Source of the DNA: Caldisericota bacterium
Lineage (GTDB): Bacteria > Caldisericota > Caldisericia > UBA6126
Length of the DNA: 40,231 bases
Assembly (NCBI GenBank): GCA_003566815.1
Contig: PXBT01000189.1
Location: forward strand, 1 to 40,231
Direction: 5' to 3'
Notes under the pieces: model-generated
Told to the model about the DNA's origin: nothing
What the model saw: only the letters and a program-made list of their open reading frames with translations
Database searches by the model: none
Part shown: one piece after another, positions 1 through 9,968 of the stretch
Layout of the letters: the number at the start of each line of letters is the position of its first letter
Position numbering within the stretch: the stretch's first letter is position 1
Made by a program: the position numbers and the translations under genes

Positions 1-1858
1 CTGCAATCATTTTCATTTTCATCCTCTTCCGTGCCTCCATTCTCATTTTTGCTTTGGGAGGCGGTGGTCTGCTTCACACTGTCAAAAGTGCTCACCTGCT
101 GGCCCAGGAAGTAATAGTTCACGGTAACATTGCTCACCATGCGTCCCTGCATTGGGGAGCCTTCATAGGCGGTAATGGTTTCCGTGAGTCCAAGGGCATT
201 GTAGCCGAATTCAGTGACATGGCCTCCAAAGTCGGGGGTGCTCAGGAGGGCTCCCGTGTAAGGGCTGTAGCTTAAGCTCATGCTTTTGGGACCATTTACA
301 GAGGGAGTGGTGATGGTTTGGGGAAAACCATCCGGAGTGTAGCTGATTTGGGTGGTTTGGCCCAGTGCATCGGTAATATCGGAAGGCTGGCAGGGGTTGT
401 TGGGATCCTGGTAGTCAAAGGTGGTGGTGGCCCATACAGTGGGAGTGACCCGTTCCCTGTGCTGGACGAGCAAGCCGTCCACGTTGTTGGGGGGCTGGTA
501 GGTCCATTCCTGACGGGAAGGGGTGATGCCCTGTTCAGGGGGAGGGCCTTCCCGACTGATCAGGTGACCCACCTGGTTGTAGTCCATGGTGGTGGTGTGC
601 CCCAAAGGGTTCGTCACACTGCTTCGCCAGCCTTCGGGAGTGTAAGTGATGTTCCAGGTGCTGGTGTCCTGCCCGGTTCCCTGTTCCATGTGGATAAGGA
701 AGCCCTCATTATTAAAGCCGTAGTGATATTCCCGTTCTTCTCCATCGATAAAGGTGGTCTTGAGTTCCATGCCCTGCACCTGATCCTCATACTCCACCTG
801 GCTGAAAGCTTCGGAAGGGTCCGTCCAGCCTTTGAACCATGTGTCAAAGGTGCCGCTGGTATAGTAATCAATCGCATAGGTATAGCCCATGCGATCGGTA
901 TGTTCATTCATGAAGCCTGTTAAGGCGTCATAGCCAAACTCAAGGGCGGGAGGGTCTGGATCCGCAGAAGGAGGCGTGAGGCTGATCAGGTAGTCATCTC
1001 CTCCGTCATAGCCCAGTTCCCAGGAGCGACCTGCGGGGTCTTCCATTTCCAGCAGTTTACCCTGCGGGCTCCAGTGAAGCTCAATGCTGCGCCCACTGAG
1101 GCCATCGGTGATTTCCGAGGGGCGTCCCTGCTCATAGCTGATTTCCTGATAGCCTGCTGTGCAGGAGTCTTCTATCTTTTCCAAGTGGCCGTCCTGCCCA
1201 AAGATCAGGGCATTTCCCTGCAGGGGAGTGATGCTGATGTTGCCGTTCCCGAGGATTTCAGCTTTTCCGGCAAAACCATAGGGGTTAAGGTAGGAAGCTG
1301 TTGAAGCATCCCAGGTAAAGTTCAGGTGTTGCCCCGTGGAGGTGACATAAAGGATGTCCATGCTTAAGGGGTCCAGGGTGGCGGACGTATGAATATGCAT
1401 CATCCAGCCCTTGCCCAGACCGATATCCAGATCAGCATTGAAGTGATTGTACACAAGGGTGAGCCGTAAGGGTAAAGGCGTGCCGGGCAAGTCGATGGGG
1501 GTGACCACTGCCATGGCATTGCCGGTGGCTATATTGGCAGCCAAGGTGCTCCATTTCGTGGTGGCCAGGTACATCATGTTCTCTGAAGTCCCGCTCATGC
1601 CGGCCTCGGGATCGCCCTGGGTGGCCAGACTCATGGGGTACATGCGGGAGCTGTAAAATGAAAAAGTGCCCAGCATCTGGGCTAAAGGTTGAGGCATCGC
1701 TATCATAAAGAACATCACAAAGGCTACGAAAACAGCCAGGCATCGAGTTACACAGGAAACAGCACCTTTCTCACCTGTGCTCACCCGGGTGCTTACGCTC
1801 TCTCTCTCTCTCTCTCTCTCTGAAAAACCCTGTCATCCTTCAAGTTTCTAAAAAACAT
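1..1858 (-). CDS. Secreted RHS/YD-repeat protein, 5' part only (runs off the left edge), frameshifted near its start by an (AG)12 tract
   Basis: Hand translation of the minus frame from 1832 to the edge gives a hydrophobic signal/TM segment (CLAVFVAFVMFFMIAMPQP), a DUF6531-like region (NIATGN..IDLPGTPLPLRLTLVYN..GLGKGW) and YD-type repeats (MEDPAGRSWELGYD, VTNPLGHTTTMDY, ITDALGQTTQISY). SD AAGGAG at 1870-1865 precedes an ATG at 1858 that is in a different frame. Confidence 0.88.
1798..1821. repeat. Dinucleotide microsatellite (CT)12 / (AG)12 in the 5' coding region of the RHS gene
   Basis: Read directly: 24 nt of perfect CT alternation at 1798-1821. Confidence 0.97.
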
Positions 1859-2141
1859 GCTTCACTCCTTTCTAAAGGTAAATTAAATAAATAGAATTAA
1901 AAACCTCCACAACGAAAATACCTTGCCACTGAAAAATCCAAAAAAAGCATAGCTCGCCTGTAGGAAAAGGAAATCATTTGCTGTTGCGCTTCTGCACATT
2001 GCTCTGCTTGCATCATCCTGCACATCATGTTCCACTCCTATGGGAAAGAGCTTGTATATTTTCATTTAAGCTATAATTTTATGTTTGTCAATAGTTTTGA
2101 AGAGGTATTTTTATCCAACGTTGAAGGATGTGAAAAAAAAG

Positions 2142-2166
2142 AGACAACCCCCCGTCCCCTCGTCTT
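2142..2166 (+). repeat. REP-like palindromic repeat, copy 1
   Basis: AGACAACCCCCCGTCCCCTCGTCTT, near-identical to the copies at 17341 (inverted) and 18151. Confidence 0.85.
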
Positions 2167-2172
2167 TCTAAT

Positions 2173-2200
2173 TTGGTATAAGTTAGGTTTCTGTTATAAT
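2173..2200 (+). promoter_or_regulatory. Sigma70-type promoter for the lysine operon
   Basis: TTGGTA-16 nt-TATAAT with extended -10 (TGtTATAAT, 2192-2200), just upstream of the riboswitch. Confidence 0.55.
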
Positions 2201-2224
2201 ATATATTAATTATTGACAATTTGA

Positions 2225-2399
2225 AAAGTGCGGAGGAGCGATTTATGCGTATTTTGTATGTGCCTGAGGAGGTAAGTGTACAGAAAAGGGGTAAATCGCC
2301 GAAGGCTTTGTTTTCCTCAAAACAATGACCTGGGGATGCAAGAGAGACTTGCATCACTGTCATGAAGCTTATTTTGCTTCCTGAAGAGCCGTTAAACTT
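2225..2399 (+). ncRNA. Lysine riboswitch (L-box)
   Basis: L-box motifs in order (GGAGGAGCG, AAAGGGG..ATCGCCGAAG, CTGGG, ACTGTCA, TGAAGAGC) directly upstream of asd and the lysine operon. Confidence 0.9.
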
Positions 2400-2434
2400 A
2401 GCTTAAAACCTTTTTTTGGGCTTGTTTTGAACGG

Positions 2435-2460
2435 CGTTTCTTCAGGAAACGCTTTTTTTA
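2435..2460 (+). terminator. Riboswitch-controlled intrinsic terminator
   Basis: GCGTTTC-TTCAG-GAAACGC followed by a T run. AACGGC..TCTTCAGG can alternatively pair with the aptamer 3' end CCTGAAGAGCCGTT (antiterminator). Confidence 0.85.
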
Positions 2461-2479
2461 TTGTCTAAAAGGAGGTTAT

Positions 2480-3439
2480 ATGCGCATAGGAATAGTGGGT
2501 GCTACAGGACTCACCGGAAGAACATTGCTTGATATTTTGGAAAAGGCACCTGAACCCGTTGAAATTGCCTATCTTTCTGCATCATCTTCATCAGCAGGAA
2601 GAGAAATATCCTTTAAAGACCAATCCATAGAAATTGTTACCACAGATCAGTATGCTTTGTCGCAATCGGTGGATATAGTTTTTATGGCTTGCTCGACAGA
2701 GCTATCGATGGAGTGGGTACCCAGAGCTCTCGAACATTGCTCCTGGGTGATCGATTTTTCCAGTGCATTCCGTATGAAAAAAGAGGTACCTTTGGTGGTG
2801 CCGGAGATTAATGGAGATGTGCTGGAAAATTATAAGGGGCTGATTGCCAATCCCAACTGCAGTACGATTCAGTTGGCAAAAACCTGTCATCCTCTCGCCA
2901 AAAAGTATGGTTTGCAGAAAGTTGTGGTTTCTACCTATCAGTCGGTTTCTGGAATGGGTCAGAAAGGGATAGATCAGCTTCAAAAAGAAGAAGAGGGCAT
3001 GCTGTTTGCTGAAAACTTGCCACTGCATCATAATGTAGTGCCCTGGATAGGCCCTTTTACCCGTGATGATTATTGTGATGAAGAACAAAAAATTATTGAA
3101 GAAATGCGAAAGATATTGAGAATTCCCGGGCTTCCTGTTTATCCCACAACGGTCAGAGTCCCAGTGCCTATATGTCATGGCGAGTCGGTGTATCTGGAAA
3201 CTGAACGATCCCTTGGCGTGCAGGAAGCTATTGATCTTTGGAAGCAGACGGAAGGTTTGCAATATACTCATGAAATTGCTTGTCCGGTGCATATGGCGCA
3301 TCAAAATGAAGTTTTGATTGGTCATGCCCGTTCACCTGAAGGAAATATTCTGCAATTCTGGTCGGTAGCTGATAACCTGAGAGTGGGTTCCGCATGGAAT
3401 GCATACCAAATTCTCAAGCTATTGGACAATTGGGTGTAA
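2480..3439 (+). CDS. asd: Aspartate-semialdehyde dehydrogenase
   Basis: GIVGATG Rossmann motif, IANPNCSTIQ catalytic Cys, STYQSVSG, ADNLRVG; SD AGGAGG. Confidence 0.97.
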   Translation: MRIGIVGATGLTGRTLLDILEKAPEPVEIAYLSASSSSAGREISFKDQSIEIVTTDQYALSQSVDIVFMACSTELSMEWVPRALEHCSWVIDFSSAFRMKKEVPLVVPEINGDVLENYKGLIANPNCSTIQLAKTCHPLAKKYGLQKVVVSTYQSVSGMGQKGIDQLQKEEEGMLFAENLPLHHNVVPWIGPFTRDDYCDEEQKIIEEMRKILRIPGLPVYPTTVRVPVPICHGESVYLETERSLGVQEAIDLWKQTEGLQYTHEIACPVHMAHQNEVLIGHARSPEGNILQFWSVADNLRVGSAWNAYQILKLLDNWV

Positions 3440-3441
3440 AA

Positions 3442-4182
3442 ATGATAAAAGCGGATGCAACGGGTAATACTTTTATTATGATGTCTGAGGATGTACCTGG
3501 CGATGACAGGTCATCATGGGTAAAAGAACAGTCTTTTAAAGAGGACGGAGTCATTTGGGTGGAGCAAACCTCCAAAGGTTTTGCCATGGATTATTACAAT
3601 CGTGATGGATCAAATGCAGCACTTTGCGGCAATGGCACCCGAAGCGTGATAGCCTATTTATTCAAACAAGGCTTGATATCATTGGATCAATGGGTAACCC
3701 TTACTACTGCTTCCGGCGAATTAATGGGCAAGGCTGTTTCGCCAACGGAAATCATGGTATCGATGCCTCGACCTGAGGGGCTGGCAACGGTGCAGTGGAG
3801 AGGACAGTCTGGCATGGCAGTACGGGTGGGAGTGCCTCATCTGGTGTTTACTGTAGATTCCTGGAAGCAATGCAAAGAATGGGATCTGGAAGCTTGTTTT
3901 CGCACATTTTCAGCTCATTCTGCGCTTCCCGATGGAGCCAATGTCAATTGTTACGCTATCGAAAATCACCAGGTTTTTAATCGTACTTTTGAGCGGGGAG
4001 TGGAAAGAGAAACGCTGTCTTGCGGAACGGGATGCGTAGCAACAGCCTGGGCTATTCGGCAATGCATTCAACCCAAACAACCTTCCATTCCTGTGCATAC
4101 AAAGGGTGGTTTGTTGACCATAGAAGTTAAGGAAAAAACATACTTTTTAAAAGGAAAGGTGGAGTTATATGAATTGGTTTAA
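3442..4182 (+). CDS. dapF: Diaminopimelate epimerase
   Basis: ATGNTF, NRDGS..LCGNG, GVPH, RTFERGVERETLSCGTG; start placed at the ATG just after the asd stop. Confidence 0.93.
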   Translation: MIKADATGNTFIMMSEDVPGDDRSSWVKEQSFKEDGVIWVEQTSKGFAMDYYNRDGSNAALCGNGTRSVIAYLFKQGLISLDQWVTLTTASGELMGKAVSPTEIMVSMPRPEGLATVQWRGQSGMAVRVGVPHLVFTVDSWKQCKEWDLEACFRTFSAHSALPDGANVNCYAIENHQVFNRTFERGVERETLSCGTGCVATAWAIRQCIQPKQPSIPVHTKGGLLTIEVKEKTYFLKGKVELYELV

Positions 4183-5053
4183 AGGAACGGGTACCGCTTT
4201 GGCTACCCCATTTAATGAAGATTATTCTATAGATCAGGAACATTTTACGGTGATGTTGGAAAAACAAAAGCAAGCAAAAATGGATGCTTGCATTCTGTTG
4301 GGTACGACGGGAGAATCTCCTTGTATTTCGTTTAAGGAAAAAGAATGGATGATTCGTCGCGCCAAAGAAGTGTTGGGAGGCAGTATGCCCTTGATTGTGG
4401 GCACAGGAAACAACAATCCCGAGGTTGTGCTTGAAAACAACAAGCAGGCCAGGGAGCTTGGGGCGGATGCTTTGCTGATCGTCAATCCTTACTACAACAA
4501 GAGCACCCAGGATGGATTGGTGGATTATTATTCTTTTATAGCTCGTCAGACGGATTTGCATATTATGCTTTACAATGTGCCTTCTCGTACGGGCATGAAT
4601 ATCCTGCCTGATACGATGGTTCGCATTCATGAACAAGCACCCAATGTTTCTTCGATTAAAGAAGCATGCGCAGACATTTCGCAGATTGGACGATTGATGG
4701 CAATCAAGCAGGATAGCTTGGAGGTTTATTCGGGCAACGATGATCAAACCCTGCCCATCATGGCGCTTGGAGGAATTGGCGTGGTTTCGGTGGCTTCCAA
4801 TGTGATACCGGATGAAATGAAAGCGGTTACAGATGATTTGTTGAAAGGGGATTGGGTTTCGGGAAGAGCTAAATTTCTACGACTTTTTCCCTTTATGAAA
4901 GATCTCTTCATTGAGGCAAGCCCTTCACCGCTGAAATATGCGCTTTCGCTTCGAGGCTGGAGCAAAAATATTGTGCGAAGACCTATGATCCCTGCCAGCA
5001 AGGTTCTTGAAAAAATTATTCAGGAAGATTTGAAAGGCCTGGGAATCTTATGA
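4169..5053 (+). CDS. dapA: 4-hydroxy-tetrahydrodipicolinate synthase
   Basis: GTTGES, PYYNK, LYNVPSRTG, IKEA (Schiff-base Lys), YSGND. Confidence 0.97.
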   Translation: MNWFKGTGTALATPFNEDYSIDQEHFTVMLEKQKQAKMDACILLGTTGESPCISFKEKEWMIRRAKEVLGGSMPLIVGTGNNNPEVVLENNKQARELGADALLIVNPYYNKSTQDGLVDYYSFIARQTDLHIMLYNVPSRTGMNILPDTMVRIHEQAPNVSSIKEACADISQIGRLMAIKQDSLEVYSGNDDQTLPIMALGGIGVVSVASNVIPDEMKAVTDDLLKGDWVSGRAKFLRLFPFMKDLFIEASPSPLKYALSLRGWSKNIVRRPMIPASKVLEKIIQEDLKGLGIL

Positions 5054-5691
5054 ACATAGGAATTATAGGTTCGCAAGGTCGCATGGGTCAGGAGCTTCAA
5101 GCCTGGTTTGAAGCTGAGGGGCATGTTGTTTCGTATCGCAAAGATGTGGAAGAGGAAATTCTTAAAGAGGTTCCCCAGTGTTTGGTGGATTTTTCCAAGG
5201 CTTCTGCTATTGAGAGTTCCATTGATCTTGCAAAGAAATTTTCCTGTCCTTTGGTCATAGGTACGACTGCTCTGGATAAAGACCATTGGGATTTGATTTA
5301 TAAGGCTGCTCATTCTTTGCCTGTTTTTTATAGCGCCAACTATTCGATGGGAATTTATTTATTTCATAAGATGCTTCGCTCTATAAAAGATCAACTTTCT
5401 GGCTGGAGCGCAGGGATGGTGGAAATTCATCATCAGCAAAAAAAAGATAAACCTTCTGGTACTGCTCTGGCTTTGAAAGATAGTATTGAAGTTCCCATTG
5501 ATGTTCAGGCCCTTCGGTTGAAAGGAGTTCCTGGCGAGCATACGGTGATATTGACGCAGGCAGGTGAAACCTTGCGCATTGAGCATCGAGCCTTGTCAAG
5601 AGTGGTGTTTGCCCAGGGTGCCCTGCAGTGTGCGCTTTGGGTGGTCGGTCAACCTCCAGGACTATATTCGATGGATGATATGATGAAATGA
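5050..5691 (+). CDS. dapB: 4-hydroxy-tetrahydrodipicolinate reductase
   Basis: GRMG, IGTT, EIHHQQKKDKPSGTA, FAQGAL. Confidence 0.96.
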   Translation: MNIGIIGSQGRMGQELQAWFEAEGHVVSYRKDVEEEILKEVPQCLVDFSKASAIESSIDLAKKFSCPLVIGTTALDKDHWDLIYKAAHSLPVFYSANYSMGIYLFHKMLRSIKDQLSGWSAGMVEIHHQQKKDKPSGTALALKDSIEVPIDVQALRLKGVPGEHTVILTQAGETLRIEHRALSRVVFAQGALQCALWVVGQPPGLYSMDDMMK

Positions 5692-5715
5692 TAAGAAAAC
5701 GAAAGGAAGAGAAAA

Positions 5716-6417
5716 GTGGATACTGAAACTATAATACGAACGATCGCGGAGTCTCCTCGGAGAACCCCTGTTGAAGTATATGTGAAAGGTGATCTTGGCG
5801 AAAAAGAGCTGGGAGACATGGAATACTATCAAGGAGTTAATTATTTTCATATTTTTGGAGATTGGAAAGACATCGAGCCCTGGTTGGAAAAAAATAAAGA
5901 CAAAATCACTTCAAAGCGAATATTGTCGGATCGCAAAAACTCTGCTATTCCTTTAAAAAATCTGCTTCACTGTCATGCTCGCATTGAACCTGGCGCATTT
6001 ATTCGGGATATGGTTGAAATTGGAGATCGGGTTGTGATCATGATGGGAGCTGTGATCAATATTGGAGTAGTGATTGGCGCGGAAACCATGATTGATATGA
6101 ATGTGGTGATTGGGGGCCGTGCGCAAATAGGCAGGCAATGTCACATTGGGGCTGGATCTGTGATTGCTGGAGTGATTGAGCCTGCCAGTGCCCAGCCTGT
6201 CATTATTGAAGATGAGGTTATGATTGGGGCGAATGCAGTGATTCTTGAGGGCGTGAGAGTAGGCAAGGGAGCTGTAGTGGCTGCTGGAGCTATTGTGGTT
6301 CGCGATGTGCCACCAGGTGTAGTGGTGGCTGGAACTCCTGCAAAAGAAATCAAAAAAGTGGATGCGAATACCCAGTCTAAAACAGCCATACAATCAGCAC
6401 TGAGGAGCCTTGAGTAG
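5716..6417 (+). CDS. dapH: Tetrahydrodipicolinate N-acetyltransferase
   Basis: DapH N-domain ([18 protein letters not shown]) plus hexapeptide repeats ([22 protein letters not shown]). Confidence 0.95.
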   Translation: MDTETIIRTIAESPRRTPVEVYVKGDLGEKELGDMEYYQGVNYFHIFGDWKDIEPWLEKNKDKITSKRILSDRKNSAIPLKNLLHCHARIEPGAFIRDMVEIGDRVVIMMGAVINIGVVIGAETMIDMNVVIGGRAQIGRQCHIGAGSVIAGVIEPASAQPVIIEDEVMIGANAVILEGVRVGKGAVVAAGAIVVRDVPPGVVVAGTPAKEIKKVDANTQSKTAIQSALRSLE

Positions 6418-6418
6418 C

Positions 6419-7615
6419 ATGCAGATTGTAGTGCAAAAATTTGGGGGCAGTTCACTGCAGGACAAAGAGCGACTCGAGAAAGTGACTGAAAAAATAATCC
6501 AAGCCACACAAAAGGGCCGCAAGGTGCTTACAGTAGTTTCTGCTATGGGTAGCACCACCCAACAGTTGATTGATTTGTCTCGGTCGATTACTTCCCATCC
6601 TCCCCCAAGAGAGTTGGATATGTTGCTTACCACGGGTGAACAGGTATCTGCATCTCTATTATGTATGGTGCTGACAGAGAAAGGCATCAAGAGTCGCTCG
6701 CTTAATGCTTTTCAAGCAGGAATTGCCACAGATAATGCGCACAATCGTGCAAGAATTCGTTCCATTGATGGCCAACGACTTCAAAAATGGATAAATGAGT
6801 ACGATGTCCTGGTTGTTACAGGTTTTCAAGGGATTACTTCTCGCGGAGATCTGACCACCCTCGGCAGAGGAGGGTCGGATACTACTGCGGTGGCTCTTGC
6901 TGCTGCGCTTAAGGTGCCTTGTGAAATTTATAGTGATGTTCCAGGAATTTTCACCGTGGATCCCAAAATTTTTCCATCTGCAAGAAAGCTCGATAAAATA
7001 GGCTACGATGAAATGTTGGAAATGGCAAGGCAGGGATGTCGAGCTTTGCATGATCGTTCGGTTGAAATTGCAAAAAAATTTAATGTTCCGCTGACTTGTG
7101 CTTCTACATTCAGCAATGAGGAGGGAACCCGAGTGATTGAAGACATTGATTTGCACCATTCCATGCCTGTAACTGGCATGAGTTTGCTGGATAATCAGTG
7201 GCTGGTTAAAGTTATAATGAAAAACTCATCAGCTCCAGCTATTGAAGATTTCCGCAAGCTCTTTGAAGAAATGGATTTAAATATTGATATGATTGCGCTT
7301 TTCCACCAGGATGATGAAATTTTTGTATCATTTACTGTATGGGAAGAAAACTGGGAAGAAGCAGGCAAAAAGCTTCATGAGATTCAAACTGGTTTTAAAG
7401 AAGGTGCCATGGAAGTGGAAAACAATTTTACCAAAATCACGCTGGTGGGATCTCACATGAGAACAACAATGGGAGTAGCTTCTTTGATATTTCAGGTGAT
7501 ACCTCCAGATAGAATTTTTCTCACCACTACCTCGGAAATAAGCATATCGCTTTTGGTTCGATCTGATGAAAGCGAGGAAATGGTAAAAGAGCTTGCAGGG
7601 AAATTTTCATTATGA
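6419..7615 (+). CDS. lysC: Aspartate kinase
   Basis: VQKFGGSS, VVSAMG, TTLGRGGSDTTA, C-terminal ACT domains (TTSEISIS). ATG 6419 preferred over TTG 6410. Confidence 0.96.
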   Translation: MQIVVQKFGGSSLQDKERLEKVTEKIIQATQKGRKVLTVVSAMGSTTQQLIDLSRSITSHPPPRELDMLLTTGEQVSASLLCMVLTEKGIKSRSLNAFQAGIATDNAHNRARIRSIDGQRLQKWINEYDVLVVTGFQGITSRGDLTTLGRGGSDTTAVALAAALKVPCEIYSDVPGIFTVDPKIFPSARKLDKIGYDEMLEMARQGCRALHDRSVEIAKKFNVPLTCASTFSNEEGTRVIEDIDLHHSMPVTGMSLLDNQWLVKVIMKNSSAPAIEDFRKLFEEMDLNIDMIALFHQDDEIFVSFTVWEENWEEAGKKLHEIQTGFKEGAMEVENNFTKITLVGSHMRTTMGVASLIFQVIPPDRIFLTTTSEISISLLVRSDESEEMVKELAGKFSL

Positions 7616-8769
7616 TGCATTCTTGTGATTGGTACCCCTATTTTCCTGTGCGGATACTTCGCGGGTCCGGGTTGTATCTTTTTGCTGATGATGGCAAAAG
7701 ATATATGGATACTTTTTCAGGAATTGGCGTGCAAGTGCTGGGGCATAGCTATGTGCCTGTCCTGAGGCAGATGTTGCGCAAAATGAGACGCTATACTCAC
7801 TTGTCCAATTTTTTTAAGGATGATGATTTGGATACCTGCATCTATTATTTGATGGAGGCCTCAGGACTTGGAGGAGGTGTGTTTTTTACCAATTCTGGCA
7901 CTGAAGCGACTGAATGTGCTTTGAAGGTGATCAAAAAGCATGCTGATGATGAGAAAAATCAGATACTGTATTTTGATCACGCTTTTCATGGAAGGACGCT
8001 GGGAGCTCTTTCAGTGAATGGCTTTGAAGGTTTGTCTCGACCTTTCAAACCTTTATTGCCTTATACTTCCATGCTTCCGAGGAATGATCCCCAGTCTTTT
8101 AATAATTTTATGAAAGCGAATGGGCACCATGTAAAAGCTATTTTTTGTGAGTTTATTCAAGGAGCAGGAGGTGTCCATCCAATGGATGATGCCATGGCTC
8201 ATTGCTTGAAGGAGTGGCACTCTAAACTGGATTTTTGGTGGGTGGCGGATGAGATTCAATCAGGGCTGGGAAGGACTGGAAAGATGTTTTCTTATCAGCA
8301 TTATGATGTTGAGCCCGATATGGTACTGGTAGGCAAGGGGCTGGGCGGAGGATTGCCATTGAGTGGCGTCATTTTGCATGAAAAGCTAAAGGATATGCTC
8401 AAGCCTGGCGACCATGGATCTACTTTTGCTCCCAATCCAGTGGCTTTGGCGGGGTGCAGAAAAATTTTAAAGAAAATCCCCAAATTTTTACCTGCAGTGC
8501 AAGCTATAGCTCCTGCAATTCGAGAAATTATTGTTGAAGAAATGGGGGACTATGTTCAAGAGATCAGGGGGGAAGGTTTTATGATGGCCATTGAGCTAAA
8601 ACAAACCATGCCCGATTTAAGGCTATATGCTATGGAGAAACATCAACTCCTGCTCAATGTATTGCAAGATAAAGTTGTTCGTCTGCTTCCTCCGTTGAAT
8701 ACCTCACTGGCGCAGTGGAAAAAAATGATTCATCGCCTGGCTCGAAGTGTAAAGGAGGTGAAAAAATGA
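7612..8769 (+). CDS. Class III PLP aminotransferase (ArgD-like), probably the N-acetyl-DAP aminotransferase step
   Basis: NSGTEA, AFHGRTLGAL, DEIQSGLGRTG, GKGLGGG, HGSTF; embedded in the dap operon. Confidence 0.85.
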   Translation: MMHSCDWYPYFPVRILRGSGLYLFADDGKRYMDTFSGIGVQVLGHSYVPVLRQMLRKMRRYTHLSNFFKDDDLDTCIYYLMEASGLGGGVFFTNSGTEATECALKVIKKHADDEKNQILYFDHAFHGRTLGALSVNGFEGLSRPFKPLLPYTSMLPRNDPQSFNNFMKANGHHVKAIFCEFIQGAGGVHPMDDAMAHCLKEWHSKLDFWWVADEIQSGLGRTGKMFSYQHYDVEPDMVLVGKGLGGGLPLSGVILHEKLKDMLKPGDHGSTFAPNPVALAGCRKILKKIPKFLPAVQAIAPAIREIIVEEMGDYVQEIRGEGFMMAIELKQTMPDLRLYAMEKHQLLLNVLQDKVVRLLPPLNTSLAQWKKMIHRLARSVKEVKK

Positions 8770-9968
8770 TATCAGCATTGGAAAAAATTGCCCAAAAGGA
8801 AGGAACTCCTTTTTATTGCTACGATGAAAAAAAAATGATTCATCAGGCACAGGAAATGTTTGGTTTTTTTCAGGGTATTAAAGCTTACCCGACTTTTGCA
8901 GTGAAAGCCAATGCCAACCCGCATTTGCTTGGTGTTTTTGTTCGGGAGGGATTGGGTATGGATGTGATCTCCATCGGAGAGTGGATAGCAGCCAGAAGAG
9001 CAGGAGCTGATCCTAAAAAAATAGTCTGGAATGGAAATGTCAAGCAATTGGATGAAATGCAATTTATGATAAAGGAAGGTTTGGGTTGGGCCAATGTGGA
9101 TTCTTTTCGTGAGCTGGAAAATTGGAATCGGGCCAAAGGCTTGGACCCATCGCATTTACCCGGGCTTTTTATACGCATCAATCCCTCAGTGGGTGCGGAT
9201 ACTCATCCTTCTATTGCTACAGGAAAAGGGGAGCATAAATTTGGTATTAGTTGCAAGGAATTGCCTGATGTGATGGCTTATGCGGCCCAGTTTCATCTGC
9301 CTGTAGTGGGGATGCATGTGCATATTGGCTCACAGATTAGCGATGTTGAGCCTTTGATTGAAGCTATCAATGTGGTCAGCAAGGAAGCTAAAACCTATGG
9401 TCTGGACAGGATTAACATAGGAGGTGGATGGGGCATTGTCTATGCAGAAGGTTCATCTTTGGATTTGAAAAGTTTTCGAAAACAGGCTTTTCCATTGCTC
9501 TCTTCATTCAAGGTTTGGTGTGAACTTGGTAGATTTTTGCTGGGAGAAGCCGGATGGTATGTTGTGCGAGTGGGCGAAGTGCGAAACAGAGATGAAGGTG
9601 TCCTGGTGATTACGGATGGGGGCATGCATCATTTGTTGAGACCCTCTCTATACCAGGCTCGTCATACATTTTCTCTTCCTGGAGCCGATGGCCAGGAACA
9701 GGGGAAGTTGAAAATCATGGGACGCCTTTGTGAAACTGGCGATGTATTGGTACCTGAAAGTGATGGGTTGATACCCAAAGAGGGTGATCTGATAGCCATT
9801 CATCAGGCAGGAGCCTATGGTTTTTCTATGGCAAGTCACTATAATGCTTTTCCTTTGCCCTCAGAGTGGCTGATCAAAAAGGATGGAAGGGCAGTGTGCA
9901 TACGACATCGAGAAGCTTCTGACGCTTTTTTGCATGCGGTACCTTTACCTGAGGAGCTTGAGTGTTAA
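8766..9968 (+). CDS. lysA: Diaminopimelate decarboxylase
   Basis: GTPFYCYD, FAVKAN, HKFG, HIGSQ, GRLCETGD, GAYG; SD AAGGAGGT before ATG 8766. Confidence 0.95.
   Translation: MISALEKIAQKEGTPFYCYDEKKMIHQAQEMFGFFQGIKAYPTFAVKANANPHLLGVFVREGLGMDVISIGEWIAARRAGADPKKIVWNGNVKQLDEMQFMIKEGLGWANVDSFRELENWNRAKGLDPSHLPGLFIRINPSVGADTHPSIATGKGEHKFGISCKELPDVMAYAAQFHLPVVGMHVHIGSQISDVEPLIEAINVVSKEAKTYGLDRINIGGGWGIVYAEGSSLDLKSFRKQAFPLLSSFKVWCELGRFLLGEAGWYVVRVGEVRNRDEGVLVITDGGMHHLLRPSLYQARHTFSLPGADGQEQGKLKIMGRLCETGDVLVPESDGLIPKEGDLIAIHQAGAYGFSMASHYNAFPLPSEWLIKKDGRAVCIRHREASDAFLHAVPLPEELEC

Noticed and set aside
54-1743. Supplied ORFs 54-275, 318-923, 614-907, 1074-1304, 1432-1743 and 1447-1656
   Set aside because: Antisense or off-frame shadows of the RHS gene, with no motifs of their own.
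3394-3441. Longer starts given in the ORF track for dapF (3394), lysA (8715), radical SAM (18184), GT2 (30345) and DegV (30979)
   Set aside because: They overlap upstream genes or promoter motifs. Downstream ATGs fit SD position or family N-termini better.
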